Assembly (NCBI GenBank): GCA_951406725.2
Contig: OX597832.1
Span: forward strand, 8,246,001 to 8,310,000
Reading direction: 5' to 3'
DNA from: Octopus vulgaris
Taxonomy: Eukaryota
Length of the DNA stretch: 64,000 bases
Positions within the stretch are counted from its first letter, which is position 1; each line of letters starts with the position of its first letter. The notes under the pieces were generated by a model. That model was not told the origin of the DNA. It saw nothing but the letters and a program-made list of their open reading frames with translations, and did no database searches. The position numbers were made by a program, and so were the translations under genes. Below, piece by piece: positions 27,472 to 40,030 of this stretch.

Positions 27472-27756
27472 ATCCCAGAAAGAACACAAAGAGAGTCTCT
27501 AAAACGTCTTTAATGACCAGTTAAAACTTACAATCGTTTCTGTACCATGTCCATTTTAACTTCAGTTCATGCTAAAGTTCAAAGTGAAAATTCCGTAATA
27601 TTTGCAGTTATAGACATTAGAATATCACAATCTACATCGAAGGTGCAGTTTTGCATTGTGCATTTGGCATAGTTTGTTTTTGCTTATATCTGGAAGAATC
27701 AAAGAGCATACATACATACATTCATACATACATACATACATACACACACTCACACG

Positions 27757-27792
<36 letters not shown>

Positions 27793-27827
27793 CATATTTA
27801 TATATATATTTTTTTTTTTTTTTTTTT

Positions 27828-28041
27828 GTACTTGTTTCAGTCATTTGACTGCGGCCATGCTGGAGCACCGCCTTTAGAGTGGTGAAAGAGTACAGCAGGG
27901 ATCACCACCTCCTGCCGGAGCCTCGTGGAGCTTTTAGGTGTTTTCGCTCAATAAACACACACAACGCCCGGTCTGAGAATCGAAAACGCGATCCTGCGAC
28001 CGCGAGTCCGCTGCCCTAACCACTAGGCCATTGCGCCTCCA
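27828..28041 (-). mobile_element. tRNA-headed SINE (family D head) carrying the family-A tail
   Basis: Minus strand: GGAGGCGCAATGGCCTAGTGGTTAGGGCAGCGGACTCGCGGTC...TTCGATTCTCAGACCGGGCG, then TAAAGGCGGTGCTCCAGCATGGCCGCAGTCAAATGACTGAAACAAGTAC and poly(A). Confidence 0.8.
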
Positions 28042-28064
28042 CGTATATATATATATATATATAT

Positions 28065-28425
28065 ACGAGCAAAACGTCCCTCGTCCAATGGATGGTGCTG
28101 AGTTGTCAAACATTTAAACCAAATTTTCTCAAAAGAAAAAAAATACTTGTCCGACCGTACCATAGGCCTCCCTCTTGAGAAACACTGATTCAACCTAAAT
28201 GTGAGATACCAGCAAAAGAAAAATGATTTTAAAAATGCACGTTCCCACGGCTTTATCGATCGCAGTCTCACCTGGAATCGATTTTTGTAATTTTTTCAAG
28301 ACATGTACATGCCCTGATACTGTAGGTATCTCCATATCAAATTTGAGTTCCGCAATCGGATTGAGGATGCCCGAGATCCTAAAGACACGCACACAGACAG
28401 ACAGAACGGATTTTATATAATATAT
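28065..28425 (-). mobile_element. Short non-autonomous Helitron/Helentron-like element
   Basis: CAAATTTGAGTTCCGCAATCGG...GAGATC...(ACAG)n ACGGATTTTATATA resembles DINE-1/Lep1-type elements; inserted in (TA)n. Confidence 0.45.
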
Positions 28426-28545
28426 ATACATATATATACAAAGCTTACAATGAATAAGTCGTGGTACAACTCGACTAAAAAGCTGTGCTCCATCATGGCT
28501 GCAGCAAGGTGTCTGAATCAAATAAAAGAATAAACCTAGAAAAGA

Positions 28546-28581
<36 letters not shown>

Positions 28582-29058
28582 ACACATATGCAAGCACACA
28601 TATCCCTCTAACATGTGGTAATCTTTAATTCGGACACGATTGTTTCTCAACATTTTCCTTCTCACTCCACGTATTTTCTCTCGCCATTCTGTTCTGTAGA
28701 CCAATCTAGCTCGAATCGTTATAACATTCCACCATCTTTCCTGAACATTAAACTAACACATCCTGTTTATTCTCCTCCACCTGTCTTTGTGCCTTTGCAT
28801 CTTTTGAATCATACAACCACGCATGCATACATACATACGTACATATGTATGTGAGTGTATATATATATATACATATATATGTGTGTGTGTGTGCCTGTCC
28901 CTGTCTCTCCCCCTCTCTCTCTCTTACATATACATATATATATATATATACTTGCACGCATATATACATATATATCTATATATATATGTTTATATATCTG
29001 TATGTATATATGTAAGTATATATATATATATATATATATTAATATATATATATATATA

Positions 29059-29118
<60 letters not shown>

Positions 29119-29258
29119 ATCATACATGCATAGATACGTGCAGATAACATTTATCAATAAAATCATGTTTATTTTGTTTCTGTCGCCTTTCCCGTTCATA
29201 CACGCACATGTGAGCGCTCACACACACACATATTCACACACACACACACACATACCCG

Positions 29259-29297
<39 letters not shown>

Positions 29298-29499
29298 ACA
29301 TATATATCGTCCATATTCTGATGTACTCCTCACATCTATCTATAGTGTGAAAACGAGGAAAGAACACAACCGCAAGAAAAAGTAACGAAGGGAGTTGATA
29401 GATGTCATGCTTTAACAAAAACATATTGGAATGTTACTTATATCATATTAAATTTGAATATCCACGAAGAAGTATACATATACACTCTAATATACACTG

Positions 29500-30285
29500 A
29501 TATATACATACACAAACACACGCACACACATACACACACATACAGACACACACATGCAGACACAAACATACAGACACACACATGTACATATACTCATATA
29601 CACACATATAGACACACATACCATATACACACGCACAAACAGACACTCGAATACAAAGGCCACACACACACACACTCATATAAGCACACACTCAAACTCA
29701 CACGCATACACACACACACAAAAATACGTACACACATACACACACATGCAGACACAAACATACAGACACACACATGTACATATACTCATATACACACATA
29801 TAGACACATATACCATATACACACGCACAAACAGACACTCGAATACAAAGGCCACACACACACACACTCATATAAGCACACACTCAAACTCACACGCATA
29901 CACACATACACAAAAATACGTACACACATACACACACATGCAGACACAAACATACAGACACACACATGTACATATACTCATATACACACATATAGACACA
30001 CATACCATATACACACGCACAAACAGACACTCGAATACAAAGGCCACACACACACACACACTCATATAAGCACACACTCAAACTCACACGCATACACACA
30101 TACACAAAAATACGCACACACATACACACACATGCAGACACAAACATACAGACACACACATGTACATATACTCATATACACACATATAGACACATATACC
30201 ATATACACACGCACAAACAGATACTCGAATACAGAGGCCACACACACACACACATATAAGCACACACACACACGCACACACATAC
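29500..30285. repeat. Tandem repeat, about 4 copies of a 192-bp CA-rich unit
   Basis: CGAATACA(A/G)AGGCC at 29648, 29840, 30032 and 30226 (periods 192, 192, 194). Confidence 0.93.
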
Positions 30286-30757
30286 ACACTTGGGAATGTA
30301 GACATAAGAACGCTTTCTTTCGGTAGCGTCTCCGTTGGTTAACATTTCAATACTAATTTTAACTATAAACTGAATTAACGAACAAAAAAAGCAATTTACC
30401 TAACGTCATCACTTTTGCAGCCGATCGTCATCACTTTTGCAGTTCGATCGCTTTTCTGCTTTCACTTTTTCTGTGTTAATACACCGTTCCACGATCATAT
30501 TCATATTCTATAAGTTTACCGATTTACTACTACGTGCACTCACTCAAAAAACCTATACTAACAAATACACGCGCGATCACACACGAACGCACGGGCGCAC
30601 GCACACATACACAGATTTACACACATACACACAAATACATGCATACACGCATACTCTTTCGCACACAGTCAACTTTAACAGGTAGTGCTCTCAATTTGTA
30701 AAATACGGTTTTCTGTGTATATTATCAGTGTCAGTTTTACGTATGTGCCTCTGTATT

Positions 30758-31030
<273 letters not shown>

Positions 31031-31178
31031 GGGAGTATAACTCCAAACATACATGAAAAAATTCAATTTAGTATTAAATCAAATTTCGCAATATAAATAG
31101 TATTCATGTTTTGGTTTATGCCTATCTATATATATACGTTCATATATTGGCACATACATTCGTATATACATACTTATG

Positions 31179-31499
31179 TATGAAGTGCGTTCAAAAGGTA
31201 TCCGATTTTATTTTTGTCCCCAAAAACTAATGCTACGTGAGTACAATGTTTTGGGTAAGAGGTGCGCACCACCCTCCCTGCGTACGTGTGACAAACCTCG
31301 CACCTGTAGGGCCTGTCAGTAACCGGCTGTTACGCTTAGAATACAGATGGGGAGTGCGCGCTCCTCGGGTGTTTTCAGTGGAGGCATTACGCAAGGTTAA
31401 TGCATTATGTTTTGCCAAGCAATTACCAGTATTCAAGTTCAAAATATCCAGATGATTCAGCAGGCCTTTGGCAATGATACCATGGGAAAAACTCAGATC
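31179..31499 (+). mobile_element. Mariner 5' end (TIR plus HTH start), truncated by a SINE
   Basis: TA-TGAAGTGCGTTCAAAAGGTATCCGA TIR-like start; FCQ...IQMIQQAFGNDTMGKTQI mariner N-terminal HTH. Confidence 0.7.
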
Positions 31500-31822
31500 A
31501 CACCAGCATCGGTTGTCAAGCGATGCTGGGGTGGGGGGGAAACACAGACACACAAACATATACACACGCACATATATATATATGCATATATACGACGGGT
31601 TTCTTTCAATTTCCGTCTGCCAAATCCACTCACAAGGCTTTGGTCGGCCCGAGGATATAATAGAAGACACTTGCCTAAGTTACTTAGCGATTCGGCAAAA
31701 GCGACCGGTAGAATATGTACTACGCTTACAAAGAATAAGTCCTGCAGTCGATTTGCTCGTCTAAAGGCAGTGCTCGAGCATGGTCTCAGTCAAATGACTG
31801 AAACAAGTAAAAAAGTAAAGAG
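31499..31822. mobile_element. SINE family A with inverted 5' segment
   Basis: 31499-31679 is antisense (middle of the SINE); 31680-31822 is sense (3' end with tail). Confidence 0.85.
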
Positions 31823-34800
31823 TACGTGTATAATCACAGAAAGTGACATCTAAGGGAAATAACTACTTGGTGTGAATTAAGATAACTCAGCTTGATAGTG
31901 ACACAGTGATGATAATATATTTCGGCTACGTTAATTCATGGCGCTGGTCTATTATAGATATCATTGATATTGAAATTCGTTGTATCTTACCTCATTAGTA
32001 ATAAATACCTTTATGAAGGTATAGATGGCGGTTCTTGTGGTAGTGATGATGTATGTGTTTGTATTGTTCGTATTGATTGCCATGGTGTTAGTTGAGTTCG
32101 ACAAGAAACGATCACAATAGTGGTAGTTATGGTGATTGCATGATGATGGGAAACATGGTGGTCGTGGCTGCGGTAGTATCTATGGCGATAGTGTTGGCAG
32201 TCTGTTGCTAGTGGTGGTTTGTAGGTCTTCTAAGTTAATACAGTGGTCACGGTGACGATTATGAGAAAAAGAAAGGTAAAAGAAATAGCAGAATATTAAT
32301 GATACGATACAAAGAAAGGGGAAATGGAGAAACAGAAGCCTAAAACAAGAGAATGTAGAACGATTAGGGGAAAAGGAAGGCATTACCTATAGTGGCGAAT
32401 CCTTCGAATATGTATGCATTCTCTGTTTCTATTGTTTTGCATCATTTGAAATGAAAGCTGTTTCAGACATCTCAAAATAATAATTATTTCTCTTTATTCC
32501 GTTCCCTGTTTTTCCTTATGCTCTAAGACCCAATTTACAAAAACACAGTTGCAGCTTATTAAACACTTGCTTCAGTAACATTTGGGTATTTTTTTTTCTT
32601 CTTTCGGTTCCAGTTGGCTTGTTATTCTCTTCTATATGACAGAGCAAATCTATTCCATCATGTAGAATATCCTCCCACTTCTCTTAGTTTTCACTATGAA
32701 ACACCGAAATCACCAGTTTTCCTATGAAGACAAATAGCCATTAAATCCTGTTCGTTCGAGATAAGAGCTAATAGTCAACATCTGAGAACATACTGGGTCG
32801 GAATTTTCTGGAAGATTAAGTCTTTATATCTGATCAAATGGCCGAGTATGAAGCTATGACGAAATACCGCCAAAGGGAATTGCGGAATATTGTAATAAAT
32901 TGCATTGTTTCGCCTGTTGCTAGCTATTAAGTGAGATATTTGCTTTCTCTGTCACATTGTGAGCTCGCTTTTATTGAAGAATTCTTTATGTGGCAGTTTT
33001 AAAGAAGACAGCGTGCAGCTCGTAATGCATTCTTTAATGCTTTCGGTATTTGCAAATTCAAGTGATTCATGTCAACACTGAAACTATAGGAAAACGCTGA
33101 AATGCCATTATGTTGAGTGAGAAACAGATTTGAGATTCTTAATATTCAAATATAATCTGTGGTATTTAGTAAAAGTTCCCGGAATATAACTTTGGATTGA
33201 GCAAGAAATGTGCATAGAGGGTGTAATTACGTAAGCTGTTATTCTCTTTTTAAATTGAGCAATTTTTATTTAGACTTTAAGATTTCATCATGTAGAGAAC
33301 ATTAGCTAGAATGAAATAACTTGTAAATGAACAGAAAACCGGAAAAAATTACATTTTACAGGGAAGCATTGACAGCAAAATGATGTTAAAGGTTCCCACG
33401 CTTTATTATTACATACAAATGTTATGTGTACATTTACCAGTGTTTCCTTGTTCGTTATTCTAAAACCTAAGTAATATATAATAAGGAAACTTAACGCAGC
33501 TGCAACGAATATGAATAGAACAATATGTAGAAGTAACTGCACATGTATATCAAGTCTAAATACCCAGAAAAATATGCCACATATTAAAACAAGTGTATAT
33601 TGATTTCATTGTTGTATCTCATTTCTCAGCACCATTTTATCTAGTCAGCTATTACGTAATATAATGCACAAATAACGGAGTTTGTTGCTGAAGAAGAAAA
33701 CCAAATCGATCTCACCATTCTTGGGGAGAAAGTGAAGGTCGTGGGCAGAGACTTCTGGTTTTGTGTTGAAACAATTAAGAAAAGAAAATAAGTATTTTTA
33801 CTGACAAGAAATGGAGAAGAAAATTGAGACATCATGAAACAAGTGAATATCTATCTTTTTCTTGAATCAGTTATTGGACGTAATGGCGCACCACACTGAA
33901 GGTCTATGGTGGACCAAATCGGCACCAGTAATTGATTTTCCGTCTGGTTGTTTATTCTAATGGTCAAACTGTAGCGGCGCTATAAGTTCACTCAAGACGA
34001 CACGCATAAGCACACTCATACATATATAGATACACAGAAACAGACAGACACACACACGCATGTAGAAATACATACATCCACACGCACACATGCATACATA
34101 CATAAATGCATGCACGCATACATACATACATTATGGGTATCCACACTGTTTCCGTCAATCAAACTTTTCACACACAGCATAATAGAAATGCTATACAAGA
34201 AGGCATTGGCTGCAAAGCGATCTTCCTAGCCGCACAATCACACCTGCAACTACCTATGGAGATAAATATGAACCATGATTCCGTCCAATTGAAAGAAGAA
34301 CGTAATAAAGCTGTAGTTTTGGTCTGTCAGCTTATGTATGATGAAGAGTGGGTAGAAAGAGAAACAGTTCTCTTTTAATTTAATGAATCTTGTTTTTCAA
34401 AATTTGAGTATTATGTTAGTATAAGCCACATGAAAATTGAAATAAGGAAACATGGAATGGACTTTCGGAACATTACTAATCATGAGTTTAACCATAGTAA
34501 TAAACGTTTATTCCAAACATCAAAATAGTATCATATAAAGTAGAACTCTCCTCGTATAATTCTTACTGTTGTTTCATGGATCATTTTAAGAATATCGTAT
34601 TTTACATGAAATCCTCATGGTATATTCCAAACATCGTTCCTCCTATAATAGTTACTGTTGATTGATGGAGCTGTTGATAGTATAATAGTTACTGTTGATT
34701 GATATAATAATATCAAATAATTGATATTATTATATCTAATAATATCATGGTGTTTTACATGTAATCCCCGTAGTATAACACTTATTATGTGTTACTTAAG

Positions 34801-35605
34801 AACAATTATTTAGTTTTTTCTTTATTTTAATTTAGTAATTATATTCTGTTTTAAGATTCGTAAGGATTCCATATTTTTTTTACATAAGCACCATGATTTG
34901 ATTAAAGTAAAAATAAAAAAAAAACCAACTTGTATCTATGTAACGTCATCTGATATTATCCTAAATGGTTATAACGACCAGCTTGCATTAGTTTTTAGTA
35001 AATAGTTAAGTATAAAGTCACAATTTCACTTTGTAAACACCTAAGGAAGACGAAGTATCTTGTTATGTAGAATTTTGCTTGTATTGTATATAATATAGAT
35101 ATATTGAATTTAACCTGTTGTGCTTCTCTTAGTAACCAACGAAATACCTTGAAACAGTACAACATAAACGAACAGAAACATAAAGGTCAGATGCAGAGAC
35201 GTAATTTCAGCGATATTAGGACCAGCAGGGGATCTCACGTACAACTCATCACCAAGCAAGACAGAGATACGTGGTTTGATTTCTGTCGATCGTGTGCTTT
35301 GCTACGTCTTATAACGCATGATATTTATTTATTTATTTTCTTTGAAAATGTTCGCAGTTAATTCACTCTCAAATATTCACACACTCGCGCGTGCGTGCAC
35401 ACACACTCACATCCGTTTCGTGTTGGCTGTTGGGAAAGTGTACTTGATTCCAGAGTAGAAATAAATATCTTATTTTGGTCGTGATAGTCTCTTGCTATTC
35501 TGTGACTTATCATTGGGTGCAAAAAGCCATGTCTTCATTAAATATCTTAAGCACTCGCAAGCGTAACTCAGGTTTGCAAGAGGCTGACTCGTTCAAAATA
35601 CTTCA

Positions 35606-35611
<6 letters not shown>

Positions 35612-35667
<56 letters not shown>

Positions 35668-35694
35668 TGCGCGTGCGAGCGTGCGTGTGTGCGC

Positions 35695-35738
<44 letters not shown>

Positions 35739-35763
35739 GTCTGTGTCTGTCTGTGTGTGTGTG
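35612..35763. repeat. (TG)n with CG interruptions
   Basis: Direct reading. Confidence 0.95.
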
Positions 35764-36784
35764 GCTTTTTCAGTGCGCTGGTTTACACATGTTTACATAA
35801 TGTATGTGTGAGGACAGGAAGATGTATTCTTCTGTTGGTTACTAATATGGAAAGCACAGTCAGAGAAAGAGAGACGGAGAGGAAGAACGAAAGAGAGAGA
35901 GAGACAGGCACGTGTGTGTGAAAGAGACAGATAGAGACAGGGTGAGAAAGAGTGAGAGAGAACAGTTATCTTACTAGACTGGCAGGGTGACAAGGAACAG
36001 AGATAAAGTGATGTGGCATGAGTTCTTTCACCATCAGAATTTTAGATTGCAGATAATAACCATTAGGTTTTGCTCAAGTTCACGGTGACACATCACTTGA
36101 TATTAAGGTAGTGTGTTACGCAATTTTAGAGTGTAAATGAAAATTAAATAAATGTCAGTTAATATTGCTGTGATAAACTTTAGATATTGTATCCGAATTG
36201 ACTAATGTATGTTTCCAAGTGCATGGCCAATGTAGAAGTTATCCCAATAAAACTGGAAATCATAAACTTTCTTTATTTCGCGTTGTCTCCTCGAAACGAA
36301 ATGTCCATTTGATTAGAATTCATCTAAGTCCATAATCACCCTCGAATGCTCTGAAACATGAGGCAGACATAAATGTCAACATTTCCAGCGTAAATTTCCC
36401 CAACAGGAAACTATAATCTTTCTAATAATACTATAAAATTTCTAAATTAAGTCCTTTGTCATCCATTGCAATATTAATTCTTCCTGCGATAACTTAAAAT
36501 GTGTTATTGTGAGAATTTATGTGAGTAAAGGGACATAACTCAAAGCAATGCCAGGAATTTGGAGAAATAAGTTTAGGAGTGATGCACTGAATACTGTAAA
36601 CAGCCTTAAATTGTTTTCTTTTTTTTTTTTCAAATAAAGGAAAAAATTCCAGGTAAGGTACTTGTGTCTTCGTGAAACTGTTTATAACAATTTCACATAT
36701 TTATTCAAATACATACCAAATGTCCTCTTGAACTGTTTTTCTTTATTTCACTACACGCACACATACACACACAAGTAAGTTAGT

Positions 36785-36849
36785 ATTTTTAATTTTATTT
36801 TATCTAGTTTCAGCTCACGAGCTGTGGCCATGCTGGGGCACCGCCATCT
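36785..36849 (-). mobile_element. Retroposon 3' tail related to the SINE-A tail
   Basis: Minus strand: GATGGCGGTGCCCCAGCATGGCCACAGCTCGTGAGCTGAAACTAGATAAAATAAAATTAAAAA. Confidence 0.75.
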
Positions 36850-36861
36850 AAAAGTTTCATA

Positions 36862-36953
36862 CGCCCGCAGATGAACTCGAACCCGCGACCCTCAGATTAC
36901 TTCTAAGGTTGGCCTATAAAAGTCTGAGGCTCTACCGACTGAGCTATACGGGC
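36862..36953 (-). tRNA. tRNA-Lys(TTT) with 19-nt intron (36898-36916); T-stem disrupted, likely pseudogene
   Basis: Minus strand: GCCCGTA TA GCTC AGTCGGTA GAGC C TCAGA CTTTTA [TAGGCCAACCTTAGAAGTA] A TCTGA GGGTC GCGGG TTCGAGT TCATC TGCGGGC G. Acceptor, D and anticodon stems pair; intron at canonical 37/38; TTTT 8 nt downstream; T-stem GCGGG/TCATC has two mismatches. Confidence 0.85.
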
Positions 36954-37029
36954 GGACGTATGTCAATATATATATACATATCTGGTGATTGCTACTTCTC
37001 TACAGAAGCAGACATTTTCTTCAATTAAT

Positions 37030-37760
37030 AAGTGCTATAAGGAAGTCTTGAATGATTAGCAAGCTCAGGTTTGGGCAAACAGACCCTATATCAGGTGTTA
37101 CAAAGATTTTTCAGGCAGAAAGTGAATTGATGTTAAGCCCTGTTTATGAAGCTCCTGTTTCAAGATGGATTGGTCGATTATCTATGTTTCAAAAGACTTA
37201 CAACTTCTTTTCAAACCGTTCGACGGTTGCGTTCTCTGCTTCCAGTCTTCAAAGTTTACGCTAAAAGTCTTAACGATGTCGGTGACGGCATCCTTAAAAT
37301 ATTCCATAGGTTTTATGTCTCGAAAGTTTACCTAGTCGCAACTGTTTGCTTACTAGGTGAACTAAGTAAAATGTCATCTAGGTAAAATGTTTGCTTACTA
37401 GGTAAAATGTCACCCTGCAGTCTAAAAAGGTGCCTAACCTACAGCTACTGCCTGCGTATGAAGAGCATTTCAATAATGAATGTGTTGGCTTGCTGAAAAA
37501 CAACAGTTTGGTGTCAGAGGCTGTTATTTCATGTGTAAGATCCTCGTATGGCATATTTAATAGAATCTTCCCAAAGCTTTTAACCAAGGACCATATGTAG
37601 CCTACGTTTCAGATGAGTATAAAAGGCCAGTAAAAACGCATGATTCATACAAGTTGAGCTAGATTTTGATTGTGATATCATACAACTTCACACAACTTCC
37701 GGGCATTCCAGGAAGTTTTTTCGATCACCAGATTTATTTCAGACTCAAGGGATCCATGTC
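37030..37760 (-). pseudogene. Possible hAT transposase remnant
   Basis: Broken minus frames of coding-like composition ending ...IFVTPDIGSVCPNLSLLI, resembling the start of the hAT dimerisation domain; weak. Confidence 0.3.
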
Positions 37761-37772
37761 TATAAATGGTGG

Positions 37773-37801
37773 TAGACAGGCAGACAGACAGACAGACAGA
37801 C

Positions 37802-37878
<77 letters not shown>
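37773..37878. repeat. (AGAC)n(AGAT)n
   Basis: Direct reading. Confidence 0.95.
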
Positions 37879-38311
37879 TGTGGAGATAGACATATAGACA
37901 TATAGATCGAGGGGGAGAAAGTGTGAGCTGCGAAGTAGAGAACAATATTTAACATCTAGGCTTGTACCTTGGAAAAAGATACTAGACTCGACATTAATAT
38001 GAACTGGAGTCTAGGAGAACATGAGCTTCCCACTGATGGTAAGTCCATGGGCATGTTCTAGTGAAAAGATACATTATATCTTGCATGTTTTGTTTAGTTT
38101 GAACAACAAGAAATACATAGTCAGCACAATAAAGAATATGAACACGGGCCTATTAAGTCTTTGAAAAATGGAATTAAAATGGAATCAGTGCTGAGGACAG
38201 ACTGAAACAAGTAAAATAGTAAAAGAGAGAGTAATTTAAAGAAATGATTGCGTTATCGACACACGTTAGATGTCAATATGAATGTAATATACATATCTAT
38301 CTACATATACA

Positions 38312-38466
38312 TATATACAACGGGCTTCTTTCAGTTTCCGTCTACCAAATCCACTCACAAGGCTTTGGTTGGCCTGAGGCTATAGTAGAAGACACTTGCC
38401 CAAGGTGCCACGTAGTGGGACTGAACCCGGAACCAAGCTACTTATCACACAGCCACTCCTGCGCCT
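38312..38466 (-). mobile_element. SINE family A 5' half
   Basis: Head matches 2147-2551 family. Confidence 0.85.
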
Positions 38467-38949
38467 AAATGCGAATTTTCTTATAAGAAAACAATAATAC
38501 ACTAATTGAACATATTAAATGTTGATATGATAAAACACCCTGAACCTAGCTTGTTATAAAACCTCGTATTTATCTTTAATTCGTGCTTACAAATCAAAAT
38601 AATGTAATGATACATACCTTTTTGTATTAGACTGAAACTAAGATTGACTACACCCATAGCAAGTTTTGGACTTCTAATCTGGAGTGGGTAAATACTTTGC
38701 ACATGAAAACGAAACCAACATTTTTTATGGAGGCATATGTAGCATTTCTTTGTTTTTCATATACATATAAAATCTATAAACGCCACTTAATATTTTTTAT
38801 TAAGTATATTCTGATAGGCAAGAATATGACAGTTAGGTATAGAAATCATGAGAACAGATTATAATATTAATTTATCCTTTAATAGAATCCCCTGATTTAT
38901 GAAAGTGAATGTACTTAAACTAAAACCAATAACAACCACTTATTTTTGG

Positions 38950-39656
<707 letters not shown>

Positions 39657-39749
39657 TTTTAAAATCGTATTCAAATGGAATTGTGATTTCTTTTCATCCG
39701 AGTTGGCTACTCCGATAGATATTCGATCATTCGCCTAAGAGAAATAGAT

Positions 39750-40030
39750 CATATCAGGTCAGGCATAGGGGTATGCGCTGCTGTAAACCTTTGCTGCATC
39801 CACCATTTGTCGGTATTTGCTCGAGTCACCCTTGGTAACCCTCTGAGCTGTTGCTCCCGCATCATACGATTAACAGGACGCATGTACAGTCGTTGATAGG
39901 ATACAAAATTCGACCAATGGTAACCCATAATCTTGTGAAGCGTCCTGGTACCAAAAGAATTTAGGAGACTCCTAAGGGCTTCGGACAGTTCCCAACTTTT
40001 GCGACTATGTATTATCGCGTAAGAGTTTGA
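39750..40030 (-). pseudogene. RTE-clade LINE RT C-terminal remnant
   Basis: SWELSEALRSLLNSFGTRTLHKIMGYHWSNFVSYQRL...MREQQLR resembles the RTE motif ETW.L...L..F..R.LRRI.GY.W.D.VSN..L. Confidence 0.65.

Noticed and set aside
29454-30326. 290-aa His/Thr-rich ORF
   Set aside because: Translation of a 192-bp (multiple of 3) CA-rich tandem repeat; no coding signature
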